A stretch of 63,591 bases of DNA, counting the filler. It is 7 parts of 7 records of this genome, joined end to end, with 100 filler letters (N's around TTAATTAATTAA, not from the genome) between each part and the next. Parts side by side here need not be neighbours in the genome. Positions count along the whole stretch, not along the records: positions 1 to 9,895 come from SRR31156797_25037; positions 9,996 to 17,953 come from SRR31156797_25039; positions 18,054 to 37,226 come from SRR31156797_25058; 4 more parts are not named here. The stretch is one strand, 5' to 3'. The notes beneath the pieces are model-generated. The model did not search any database and was not told the DNA's origin. It was given only the letters and a program-made list of their open reading frames with translations. Shown piece after piece: positions 9,792 to 20,230 of this stretch. A program made the position numbers and the translations under genes. Every line of letters starts with the position of its first letter. Position 1 is the stretch's first letter.

Positions 9792-9828
9792 AATTTCAAT
9801 TTCTTTTCATTACATTTTTAAAAGAGCC

Positions 9829-9873
9829 TTGTCCAATCTTGGACAAATCCCGATACGCTGCGCTATCGAGGAT
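9829..9873. repeat. REP-like palindromes near contig end
   Basis: TTGTCCAA-TC-TTGGACAA followed by ATCCCGATA...TATCGAGGAT. Confidence 0.4.
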
Positions 9874-9895
9874 GTTTTCCGCTAAAAACTTTCCA

Positions 9896-9995
9896 NNNNN
9901 NNNNNNNNNNNNNNNNNNNNNNNNNNNNNNNNNNNNNNNTTAATTAATTAANNNNNNNNNNNNNNNNNNNNNNNNNNNNNNNNNNNNNNNNNNNN
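9896..9995. other. Artificial contig spacer
   Basis: N44-TTAATTAATTAA-N44. Confidence 0.99.
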
Positions 9996-12900
9996 TATCG
10001 TATCTGAATTTAATTTTAGCTCTTTCTCACCAATTGTCAAAACCCAATCTTGTACCGATATTGCATGTTCTTTTGTATTGTATAATTCTATGTACTCATA
10101 TTCTGGCAAACCATTGCTTGGTGTTTCATCTGCCATGATTTCATTGATCACAATATCATAGGATTTAGCAGGAGCGAAATATTCAAATTCTACACTATCG
10201 CATTTGCATTCCAAACCATTCTGATCAGTGATATCAAATAATTCAACAAGGTAATTACCAGTTTGAAATTCATCATCCATCACTATAACAATCTCAGAAG
10301 CATCTTTTCCAACTGAAATTGAATAATTATCTAACTCCTTATCATTACGAAAGATTTTATACTTGTTAGGTAGTAAAGTCAATTCTGTATTTAAATCTTC
10401 AGAAAATATAATTAAAATAGAATCCTGACCAATAATTTCATAGTCGCGAACATATGGCTCCGTATTTGCTGATTGTATAATTAAATTGTCGAACCAAAGT
10501 TCTCCGGCTCTTGATGCTGTTTCAAAATTGAACTGTAAGGCATAAAACCAACTTTTAGAATTCAGACTAATCAAAGATTTTTCCGAACCTGCAAGCAGCC
10601 AATTGTAATTCTCTCCTATGCGATTGTATTTTAAAGTCCATTCCCCGCTGGCATCATAATCAACAGCTATAGCAACTGCCTCTGAATCGTTCCAATTAAA
10701 ATCTGAAGAAACTAATAACTCTGGAAATTCATCCTTTACAATTTTCCATAAACCAATTAAATCATCGGAGCCTTTGTAATTGATTCCAACGACATAACGG
10801 ATTTCCGATAGCTCTGGATTCTGATTATCCATCAACAAATTAAATCCAAAATAATTCCCCGATGATGGGTCCCAATCTCCATTTCTTAGAACAAAACTCC
10901 ATTGTAATGTACCTGAATGCGGATTCCAATTGCTAACTTTTCCACCAATATAGCTCTCTCCACTCTGATTAATTAAGTTGTGCTTCAAAGATGAGATACC
11001 ATGAATCGGATCGTAAGTAGAAATTTTCCAATCCATTGTATTTTGCCAATTTTCAAGTGTTGTTTTCTCAAAATTGTCCTGAATATTTACACTTGGAGTA
11101 CCAACAAAAATATTACAAGTATCAGGAAATAGATCTGATTTAGTTGTAATGGAAAAATTTGAAGATCCTAAATAATTTATACCTCCTATAGTCGCAATTC
11201 CATTTATCGTTTCCGTATTTGAATCATCAAAAATCAATTCATTACTAGTCGCTTTCAATTCGAAAAAGATATTTTTATCTAAATCAATATTCTGATGTTT
11301 ATCGCAAGCAGCAACCTGAAGATCAAAACTTTCTAAACTATCTGCAATACAAAAAGGAGCTTTTATAATACTCAACCTATCTGCAAGTACATCTACTTCA
11401 TGAATGGCTGATATAATGTTTTGATCTAATACATCAACCAGTTCTGAACTATAATTTCCCGTTTTCCAAGCAAAGTTCTCTTTGGGAATACTTATTTGAA
11501 CCGTTGCATTATCTGGCAATTGGCTTTTTCTGAAATAAATTGCCAATTCATACTCTAATTCAGTAGAATTAGGAATTTCTATAACTCCATTTGATGAATT
11601 GAATCGAATATAATCCGAATTTATATCGCTTGTTTTAGCAAGGACAATACCATTTTGTTTGAGAATAGCACCGGCAATGTGTTTGTCCCAATTCAGATCA
11701 TTCGTAGTAATTTCCTTATGGAATTTAAGCGTATTTAAAATAGTGGGTAGATTATCATTGGAACCTGAGTCTACAATTTTGAATTTTAGTATGATTTGCG
11801 AAAGTTCTTCACTTATAGCAAGAGGATTCAATTTAAGGGCTGTATTCTGACTTGATGAATTGATTTTCGAATTATTGTCCACAGAAGAAATATGGTCGCT
11901 TAAAATGGTGCTAAAACCTTCTGATTCGGCTTCTAAATTAAAATACTCTGCCTTACTATAAATCAAATCGCTCCAAATATATACACCTCCTTCATTCGTT
12001 TTATTTAATCCTGCCACTGAACTCAAATCTCCATTACCTGATGCCAAACTAAGTTCAATTTCATCATCAGAATTGGTATCTCGATTCTCATACTCGTCAA
12101 CCAATTCGATTTCAACTTGAAATTCATTTTGAAATGACACGTTTTCAGGCAATTCTGCAAATCGCATTTTTATGGCATCAACTTCCATAATAAATTCTGG
12201 TCCAATAATCACCTCTGAAAATTCAAATTTCAGACCACTTCCTTCAATTGAAGTCTCCCATTCCGCCGAAGATTGCTCTAGTTTTAATTGAAGTTTCTCT
12301 CCATCAATGGTTTCTCCCTCTTTCAGATAGGCAAATAAAGAATAATCCGACCTTCCTTCGCTTTCAATAATTCTCCCTATTTCATCTTCTCCAAAACTTA
12401 TTACTAGTTCATCTTTCGATATCACAATATCAGCTTTCAGTTCTTTTCCTGCATTTTGTATAAAAACCTCTTCTATGCTTTTCTTCAAATCAACCCGATT
12501 GCCATTTGATGTTTTAATAAGTATTTTATTTAAAATTGTAGGCAGCCCATCATCACCTCCATCAACAACTGTGAATCGAAATAATTCAAAAAGATCATCT
12601 TTTGTAACTTGTGTTGATGTGATGGTTGTGTTTGAAGGTGTCCATACCGATTGAATCACATCCGAATAAAATGTATTCAATACCAATATTTCATCAGAAA
12701 TCTCTTCTTCTAATTCTTCACCTATTAGTTTTAAACTTATGCTTTCCACATTTTCATATTGCAAAGAATCAAAAGCTACCAATCCCTTTTTTAACGGTTT
12801 TTCAAGAATAGTATTTGAACGTAAAATTCCCGTTCCGCTATTAAGATCTAAGTTTAAAATATTTTGCTGATCAATATCAAGATTTCCAAATTCATCAGTT

Positions 12901-14051
12901 GCTTTAGCTTTTACAGAGAAATATTGATTTCGTACAATCTGAAATGGAATTTCTATAAATTCTAAAACCTCAGCTTCAACAGAAATCGAATGAATCCTCG
13001 AAGATATTTCTCCATTGGATGAACTAAATCCTGAACCTCCACTAAAAGCATTAAATCCATTCGCATTCTCACCAATCTTTAATTGAATTGTTTGATTTTC
13101 ATTCAGCAATACATTTGAATTTAAGTACACTTTAATATCAAAAACCAAACTTCCTCCTTCGGGAACATCAATTTGACCTTCGTTAAAATCTAAATAAATC
13201 GAATCATTGGTTATTACCGTACTTTTGGGATCTATAACTGATCCTGAATGAGAAAGAAGAAATCCTCCTAATTGAGTTTCCCAGTTTAAAGAATTTTCAG
13301 GATTTTCATTAAAAAAAGTCATTCTGGAAACGCGAGTTGCTTCCCCATCAATTGCAGAACTTGTTTCGTCAATTACAAATCTAAAACACGTAATGGCTTC
13401 TTCTTGAGTATCAATTTTTGTATCTATCAATAGTGGATTTATTGGATCATCTATTGACTTTAGTATTGTCAATTCATCCATTTCTGGAACAATTGGTTCT
13501 CCAGATACCAAAATATCATCGAAATAAACCTTATTGCTTGATAGTGGGTTATTCATTCTTACAACTATTATCAAACTTGTTCCTTTTATAGATGAACATG
13601 TTCCCTCAGCACTTCCCCAATTTCCAATATTTACCGCATTATTATCAAATGCTATTTCTTCCCCACCATCCAGCTTGTAAAATAATTTAATGTATTTCTC
13701 TTCATTTGTTGAAGTTCCAGTCTCAGCTACAAGAATAGAGAGACTACAATTCGTAAAGCCAGAAATATCAATGCTCTTGCTTTCCCAGATAGCCTCGCCA
13801 TCGCAATCTACGGCTTCAAATCTTCCCCCGCTTGTTTCAACAACTTTTACGTAATCATTATCATCTTCAAGAATACAATTGGAAACATCCAATGTCCAAT
13901 CGGTAACACCTGACAAATCGGAATTTGTACCCCAATATCCCTTATTTAAATTGTCAGAAAAATTTTTATCCCATATCTCATCCGCATATACTCCACAATT
14001 CCCCAGTAAAATCAAGATAAAGAACAATTTCAGAGAAAGAGTTTTTTTCAT
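9996..14051 (-). CDS. Large exported repeat protein with lamin-tail domain (3' truncated)
   Basis: Signal peptide, three ~265-aa internal repeats, Ig-like segment, LTD start 'DIVINEIMAD...EYIELYN'; runs into the spacer. Confidence 0.75.
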
Positions 14052-14146
14052 GGAAAATTACTTTTAAATTTGATTTGCTTTTTTGACTAAAAGCTAATTT
14101 AACTATAACCATATTATTAATCAAGTAATTAAAGCATTATTATGTT

Positions 14147-15136
14147 ATGAGGATTGCAGTTGTAGGAGCTACAGGTCTTGTAGGTCAGAAAATACTGGAT
14201 GTTTTAGAAGAAAGAAATTTTCCAGTTAGTGAATTATTCCCTGTTGCCAGCGAAAGATCTGTTGGTAAAGAAGTTGCCTTTAATGGCAAGAAGTACAATG
14301 TAATTGGCATGAAGGATGCAATTAATCTAAAACCACAAATTGCAATTTTTTCAGCTGGTGGAGATACTTCTTTAAAATGGGCACCTGAATTTGCGAAAGT
14401 TGGAACCACAGTTGTGGACAATTCTTCCGCCTGGAGAATGGATGAGAGTAAAAAATTGATTGTTCCGGAAATTAATGCATCAGAATTAAGCAAGGAAGAT
14501 AAAATTATTGCCAACCCAAATTGCTCTACCATTCAATTGGTAGTTGCTTTGGCTCCATTACACAAACATTATAAAATGGAGCGTTTGGTTATTTCTACTT
14601 ATCAATCGATAACCGGAACAGGAGTAAAGGCTGTTGAACAGTTAGAAAATGAACGATCAGGAGTTGATGGTGAAAAAGCTTATCCATATGAAATTGATAA
14701 AAATTGTTTACCTCATTGCGATGTGTTTACCGAAAATGGCTACACAAAAGAAGAAATGAAATTGGTTAATGAAACCAGAAAAATTCTAAAAGATGATAGC
14801 ATAAGAGTTACAGCTACAGCGGTAAGAGTTCCAGTTGTAGGTGGACATTCTGAATCAGTAAATATTGAATTTACCAAAGATTTTGAATTGGCAGATATAA
14901 GAAAAATTCTGACAGAAACGGAGGGAATCATAGTTCAGGACAATTTGGATGAAAACCAATATCCTATGCCTAAATATTCGCATGATAAAGATGAAGTTTT
15001 TGTAGGTAGGATTAGAAGAGATTTCTCAAATCCAAACACACTAAATATGTGGGTTGTTGCTGATAATCTAAGAAAAGGTGCTGCTACAAATGCAGTACAG
15101 ATTGCAGAATATCTAGCCAAACATGAACTAGTTTAA
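14147..15136 (+). CDS. asd: Aspartate-semialdehyde dehydrogenase
   Basis: 'VGATGLVG', 'IIANPNCSTIQ', 'DNLRKGAA'. Confidence 0.97.
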   Translation: MRIAVVGATGLVGQKILDVLEERNFPVSELFPVASERSVGKEVAFNGKKYNVIGMKDAINLKPQIAIFSAGGDTSLKWAPEFAKVGTTVVDNSSAWRMDESKKLIVPEINASELSKEDKIIANPNCSTIQLVVALAPLHKHYKMERLVISTYQSITGTGVKAVEQLENERSGVDGEKAYPYEIDKNCLPHCDVFTENGYTKEEMKLVNETRKILKDDSIRVTATAVRVPVVGGHSESVNIEFTKDFELADIRKILTETEGIIVQDNLDENQYPMPKYSHDKDEVFVGRIRRDFSNPNTLNMWVVADNLRKGAATNAVQIAEYLAKHELV

Positions 15137-15139
15137 TAC

Positions 15140-15173
15140 AAAAAAAACCGATGCAAAACATCGGTTTTTTTTT
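15140..15173. terminator. Bidirectional rho-independent terminator
   Basis: A-tract-CCGATG-caaaa-CATCGG-T-tract between convergent asd and hflX. Confidence 0.85.
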
Positions 15174-15262
15174 ATACGAATAACTTTATGACTATTTAAA
15201 TACATAAGAGTTCGCATGTTAACTTAAAATGAAGTAACATCCCAACCTCTCAGTATTTTAAG

Positions 15263-16489
15263 CTAATCCATTAAGTTAGAATAATCCTGATAAAGAAAAT
15301 CGTTATAAGGGAATCTAGCTGAGTGAATTTCACGAATTACACCATAAACTTTCTCTCTAAACTCCTCAATATTCTCCTTTTCGATAGCTGAAATAAACAA
15401 ACAAGGAGTTTCTCCCTTTGCAATCCACATTTGTTTTAATTCATCCAAACTATAATTTTCACGTGTTTTTGGCAAAAGATCATCCTCATCTTTCTTTACG
15501 TATGTAAATGCATCAATCTTATTAAAGACCAAAAAGCTCGGTTTTTCCTGCTTATCAATCTCTGCCATCGTTTCGTTTACCACCTTAATATGATCTTCGA
15601 AATTAGGATGAGAAATATCCACAACATGGAGTATTACATCAGCTTCTCGAACCTCATCAAGAGTAGATTTAAACGATTCAACCAAATGATGAGGAAGTTT
15701 CCTAATAAACCCAACAGTATCTGCTAACAAGAATGGAACATTTTGAATAACCACCTTACGAACAGTAGTGTCAAGAGTTGCAAACAGCTTATTCTCAGCA
15801 AAAACTTCTGATTTACTCAACATGTTCATGATAGTTGATTTTCCAACATTTGTGTAACCAACAAGAGCTACACGAACCAATTTACCACGATTTTTACGTT
15901 GAGTCGCCTTCTGTTTGTCAATCTTAACAAGATCTTGCTTTAATTTAGAAATTTTATCCAAAATTATTCTTCGGTCAGTCTCGATCTGAGTCTCTCCTGG
16001 ACCACGCATACCGATACCTCCTCGTTGACGCTCAAGATGAGTCCACATTCGTGTTAAACGTGGTAACATGTATTGATACTGAGCCAATTCTACCTGTGTT
16101 TTTGCATGTGCAGTTTGTGCTCTACTCGCAAAAATATCAAGAATTAGATTGGTTCTATCCAACACTTTTCTTTCTAATATCCGTTCGACATTACGAAGTT
16201 GCGTTGGCGACAACTCATCATCAAAAATCACTAATCCAACCTCATCATTAGCTTCTAAAAATCTCTTTATTTCATCCAATTTTCCTGTTCCAACAAAGGT
16301 TTTAGGATTAGGATAATCTAATTTTTGAGTAAATCTTTTTACCGTTGTTGCTCCCGCTGTTAAAGCTAAAAAATCTAACTCAGCAAGATATTCATCAACC
16401 TCTTGGGCAGTCATATTTTTCGATTGATCAATTACACCAATCAATACTGCTTTTTCCACTTCTCTCTTTGTAGTAAGGTAGTCTCCCAT
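15263..16489 (-). CDS. hflX: Ribosome rescue GTPase HflX
   Basis: 'GPGETQIETDRR', G1 'GYTNVGKS', 'LFATLD', 'DTVG', 'NKID'. Confidence 0.97.
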   Translation of the reverse strand: MGDYLTTKREVEKAVLIGVIDQSKNMTAQEVDEYLAELDFLALTAGATTVKRFTQKLDYPNPKTFVGTGKLDEIKRFLEANDEVGLVIFDDELSPTQLRNVERILERKVLDRTNLILDIFASRAQTAHAKTQVELAQYQYMLPRLTRMWTHLERQRGGIGMRGPGETQIETDRRIILDKISKLKQDLVKIDKQKATQRKNRGKLVRVALVGYTNVGKSTIMNMLSKSEVFAENKLFATLDTTVRKVVIQNVPFLLADTVGFIRKLPHHLVESFKSTLDEVREADVILHVVDISHPNFEDHIKVVNETMAEIDKQEKPSFLVFNKIDAFTYVKKDEDDLLPKTRENYSLDELKQMWIAKGETPCLFISAIEKENIEEFREKVYGVIREIHSARFPYNDFLYQDYSNLMD

Positions 16490-16598
16490 TTAATCAATTT
16501 AGGAAATTAAAAACTAACAACTTTCATTTATTTTATAAATTATTGAAAGCTAATCGCAAAAGTAAGCATTATTCCACAAAGCTTTCGTTACAGAACAC

Positions 16599-16633
16599 AA
16601 AAAAAGAGGTTCCGAATAATTCAGAACCTCTTT
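16599..16633 (-). terminator. Rho-independent terminator after tonB
   Basis: AAAGAGGTTC...GAACCTCTTT with an A-tract on the + strand. Confidence 0.75.
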
Positions 16634-16655
16634 ATATGGTAGTAAAAAAATTAAT

Positions 16656-17339
16656 TTACTGTAATTGGAAGTTGATTGGTACAGTATAAGATACTTTTAC
16701 AGCTTTACCACGCTGCTTACCAGGCTTCCACTTTGGCATCTTATTAATTACACGAATCGCTTCTTTATCAAGAGATGGGTCAACTCCACGTACAACGCGA
16801 ACTTGCTCAACACCACCCACTTTGTTTACAACAAAAGTAACGAATACACGTCCGGTGATACCATTTTCCTGTGCAATAACAGGATACTTGATTGATTTTG
16901 CAATCCATTTTTGTAATTCAAGCTGTCCTCCTGGAAATTCCGGCATATCCTCTACAATAACGAATACCTGAGCTTCATCTTCTTCTTCTTCCTCTTCTAC
17001 AACCTGGATTTCAACTTCTTCATCCATATCTGCATCGGAGTCTTCAATTTCCAATTCATCCTCAATTTCTTCATCGTTATCCACGATTTCCAAAACATCA
17101 GCAACTTTAGGTGCTGGTGGTGGTGGTGGTGGTGGCTTAACAGGTTCTTGTCTGGTAACAGGAATCATTTCCTCTTCAGCCTCCATCTCTTGCTGATCTT
17201 CTAAACCTGTAGCTTCCGAAGAATCTACACGCCATTCGAATGCAGCAAAAACAAACAGAAGAGTCAAGGCCAGACCAATCTCAAGAAAGAGACCTCTCTT
17301 ATTTTCAAGATCTGCTTTAGGTGACTTCTTAACTTCCAT
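16656..17339 (-). CDS. tonB: Energy transducer TonB
   Basis: 'MEVKKSPKADLE' N-terminus, TM, poly-Pro/acidic linker, TonB_C 'YPVIAQENGITGRVFVTFVV'. Confidence 0.93.
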   Translation of the reverse strand: MEVKKSPKADLENKRGLFLEIGLALTLLFVFAAFEWRVDSSEATGLEDQQEMEAEEEMIPVTRQEPVKPPPPPPPAPKVADVLEIVDNDEEIEDELEIEDSDADMDEEVEIQVVEEEEEEDEAQVFVIVEDMPEFPGGQLELQKWIAKSIKYPVIAQENGITGRVFVTFVVNKVGGVEQVRVVRGVDPSLDKEAIRVINKMPKWKPGKQRGKAVKVSYTVPINFQLQ

Positions 17340-17917
17340 AATCTTCTTTTAATTTTCTTTTAAATTCAGCGCTTAAAAGTAAGTAATTCAATTTTATAAT
17401 CAAAATACTATACTTTCCGAAAATATTCGAGGCATAAAGATAGAAAAATAACGGTCAAACCATTTTTTAAGGTCTGAAAATTTGATAACCAACACTTAAG
17501 TAAGTGAAATTCTATTGGTAATAATCTATTAAATGCCTCTTTCTTAATAGAGATAAACCTACTGTAAATAAATCAACTATAAATTTAGTCCATTTTTTCT
17601 TTAAAGCCATTCTAAATTAGATTTTTTATACAAGAAGAGTGAAAAATCCATGTTGTCCGAACTCATCCTACCTATACACACACTATACATTGCTACCAAT
17701 CAATTGTCTATTGACAAACAATTTTCGAACTAAAATAGATTCTCCACTCTCTAATTCCCTTACGTAGAATACTTAAAAATGTTTGCTTATTCGTAAAATA
17801 CATTAAAATCAGTCTTTCAAATCTTCAATTTTAATTTATATTTGCAGCCGTTTCAGAATCTGTATTATTCTGATTTAAATTGAAATGATACTTCATTCTT
17901 TGCAATCTACAATTCCT

Positions 17918-17953
17918 GGGGGGTTAGCTCAGTTGGCTAGAGCGTTTGACTGG
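17918..17953 (+). tRNA. tRNA-Ala (probably GGC), 5' half, truncated by contig end
   Basis: GGGGGGTTAGCTCAGTTGGCTAGAGCGTTTGACTGG: acceptor strand, D-arm, anticodon stem to CT-GG; upstream TATATTTG box at 17837. Confidence 0.8.
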
Positions 17954-18053
17954 NNNNNNNNNNNNNNNNNNNNNNNNNNNNNNNNNNNNNNNNNNNNTTA
18001 ATTAATTAANNNNNNNNNNNNNNNNNNNNNNNNNNNNNNNNNNNNNNNNNNNN
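17954..18053. other. Artificial contig spacer
   Basis: N44-TTAATTAATTAA-N44. Confidence 0.99.
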
Positions 18054-18426
18054 GTTTATTATAAAAAGTTGTAAACTGGTGTATAAAAAATAAAACCGTG
18101 CATATTAATCCGAGTACTATTCCCATATAAAATGAAAAAGCTGCTGCTATTTTTACTTTTTTATACTCTTTTCTTCCAAGCATACGAGAAATATATGTTC
18201 CCGCTCCAACTCCAAAAATTGATCCTATTGCCATTAATAATAAAAAAATAGGCATTGTTATTGATACCGCAGCAATTTGATTAACATCATTTATTTTACC
18301 TACAAAAAATGTGTCTGCAAGATTATAAATTACTGTTATTAACATTCCCGTCATTGTTGGTAAAGCTAAACTCCATACTGCTTTCGGTATAGGATAATTC
18401 TCAAAAATATCTATTCTGTTTTTCAT
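18054..18426 (-). CDS. MATE efflux transporter, MepA/CdeA-like (3' truncated)
   Basis: 'LALPTMTGMLITVIYNLADTFFVG', 'FGVGAGTYISRMLG'. Confidence 0.85.
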
Positions 18427-18451
18427 TTAAAACCTCCTAAAAATCATATAG

Positions 18452-18463
18452 TTAGAATTCTAA
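18452..18463. promoter_or_regulatory. Putative MarR operator upstream of MATE
   Basis: Perfect palindrome TTAGAATTCTAA, one of three copies. Confidence 0.75.
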
Positions 18464-18555
18464 TTATTGTTGTAAAAAAAACTATTGTCTGCTCAGAAAT
18501 ATAAACGACATATTCAAAAATAAGCCCACTTAGTTCTAATTTCTTATTAGAGATG

Positions 18556-19020
18556 TTATAGGTTACTATCAACATTGAAGAAAATTTCATCCAATATTTT
18601 TTTAATTTTTTTAATTTCTTCCTCACTAATATCCTCTATTAATTTTGAATTAACATATTGAAAAACTTCAAATGCTTCTTCATTAGCAATTAGCCCTTTA
18701 TCAGTAACTTCAATATTGTAATACCTTCTATCATTTTCATCTTTTTTTTTGATTATTAAGTCCTTTTCAAGCATATTTGTGATTAAACTGTTAACACTAG
18801 ATCCTTTTAATCCCATATATTTTTCAACATCTTTAGCATTAACTATTTTACCTTTTTCTCTACTAAGTAAAATAAAGAAAAGAACTCTAGCCTGTTGAAA
18901 TGTTAAGCCTTTTTCAAGTAAAATTGCATTATGTTTTACATATAATGTATGTGCAAGTCTGTGGATTGAAGGACCTAAAGTATTAAAAACAAAGCTTTTA
19001 TAATTATCAATATTAACCAA
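18556..19020 (-). CDS. MarR family regulator
   Basis: wHTH 'GLTFQQARVL...DENDRRYYNIEVTDKG'; likely TTG start at 19020 after AAGGAG. Confidence 0.9.
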   Translation of the reverse strand: MVNIDNYKSFVFNTLGPSIHRLAHTLYVKHNAILLEKGLTFQQARVLFFILLSREKGKIVNAKDVEKYMGLKGSSVNSLITNMLEKDLIIKKKDENDRRYYNIEVTDKGLIANEEAFEVFQYVNSKLIEDISEEEIKKIKKILDEIFFNVDSNL

Positions 19021-19043
19021 GATAAACGTCACTCCTTATATAG

Positions 19044-19055
19044 TTAGAATTCTAA
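19044..19055. promoter_or_regulatory. Putative MarR operator (autoregulation)
   Basis: TTAGAATTCTAA. Confidence 0.75.
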
Positions 19056-19108
19056 ATATATAATATCACTAAATTTATTATCGACAAGAATATTTATAAT
19101 GAAGCTAA

Positions 19109-19120
19109 TTAGAATTCTAA
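19109..19120. promoter_or_regulatory. Putative MarR operator (distal)
   Basis: TTAGAATTCTAA. Confidence 0.7.
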
Positions 19121-19216
19121 AGTTCCCTACTGATTCTGGATCTTTACGTCAATAAGGCAATATAATATAGGACAGAGTTAAAGTAAAATTAGCTCCGCCC
19201 TATATTTTAATTTTAT

Positions 19217-20137
19217 TTAATGTTTTTCTATTTCTTTGTAAATCACTCTAACATGAATTCCTTGATTATAATTACCAAAATTCTTCCCAAATATAGTCAA
19301 CCCTCCGACATGTTTTGCAGTTTCAGGAACAGCTAATTTTAATACTAAATTACTCCTATAATCAAGTTCAATATCGTCTATTGTAATATCAGAAACCTGT
19401 AGTCCATCAATAAAAGTACCAAAATGGTTTATTGTTAGTAATTTTAATAATCCATATTGATTCCACACCGAAAACCACCAATCAGGAGTTAAAAATCCTT
19501 TTGCATCAGCAAAGTCTCCAGGACTTGTCCAATCTCCAACTTTTCTGCCATTAAGAAAAAAATTAATATCTGAAGGCCAATTGCTATTATTTCCCGGTGC
19601 TTCTGAACTTATTTCCATTGAGATTTGTATTTCTTTAAAAATCTGATTTGGTTTAATATAATTTGGAATTCTATACTCTACAAAGCCCTTTGAAAACCAC
19701 AATATACCACTATTCATTCTCTCAGGATCATCAAAATAATTAGGATTATCTACTTCACCGATAATTTTATCTTTTGTCGCAATTCCACATGTTGGAAATA
19801 CTTCAAATGCAGAGTAATGTCCTACTCCAATATCAAGTTCATAAGAGTCCGAAACTATTGGCTTAGCAATCTCTATAACAAATTTATCTTCGTGTAAATT
19901 ACATATTTTCTGAATTCCATGTTTCGCCGTAACAGTATTTATTTTAATCAAACCACATTCCTCTAATTTCTTAACATGCATCGTAATAGATCCATTTGTA
20001 AGATTAAGTTTTTCTGCTAAGTCATTCATATTTAGTTGAGAATCATTTGCAAGTAGTTTGATTATTTTTAAACGAATATCTGAGCTTAAAGCTTTAAATA
20101 AGGGTAAACTTTGGGTTAAATCTGTTATATGTATCAT
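19217..20137 (-). CDS. ArsR-HTH regulator with C-terminal sugar-binding-like domain (COG4189-like)
   Basis: 'FKALSSDIRLKII', 'PTCG', 'SSEAPG', 'WTSPGDF', 'LTPDWW'. Confidence 0.85.
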   Translation of the reverse strand: MIHITDLTQSLPLFKALSSDIRLKIIKLLANDSQLNMNDLAEKLNLTNGSITMHVKKLEECGLIKINTVTAKHGIQKICNLHEDKFVIEIAKPIVSDSYELDIGVGHYSAFEVFPTCGIATKDKIIGEVDNPNYFDDPERMNSGILWFSKGFVEYRIPNYIKPNQIFKEIQISMEISSEAPGNNSNWPSDINFFLNGRKVGDWTSPGDFADAKGFLTPDWWFSVWNQYGLLKLLTINHFGTFIDGLQVSDITIDDIELDYRSNLVLKLAVPETAKHVGGLTIFGKNFGNYNQGIHVRVIYKEIEKH

Positions 20138-20173
20138 ATAATTTGCTCCTTAATTGGAAATATCCTAATTATA

Positions 20174-20202
20174 TTATACTATAATAACGTTTTTAAATCA
20201 AT
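20174..20202 (-). promoter_or_regulatory. Sigma70-type promoter of the regulator
   Basis: Minus strand TTGATT-17 nt-TATAAT, then AAGGAG RBS. Confidence 0.65.
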
Positions 20203-20230
20203 TTATACTTTAATAAATTGTTTTATATTT

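Noticed and set aside
9940-9951. TTAATTAATTAA repeated six times in the window
   Set aside because: Synthetic stop-codon linker inside N runs. The ORF tails 'XXX...LIN' are artefacts.
17112-17135. (GGT)n microsatellite
   Set aside because: Encodes the TonB poly-proline linker.
17340-17917. ~580-nt AT-rich intergenic region (oriC or sRNA?)
   Set aside because: No DnaA-box cluster, convincing ORF or strong structure; explained by divergent tonB and tRNA promoters.
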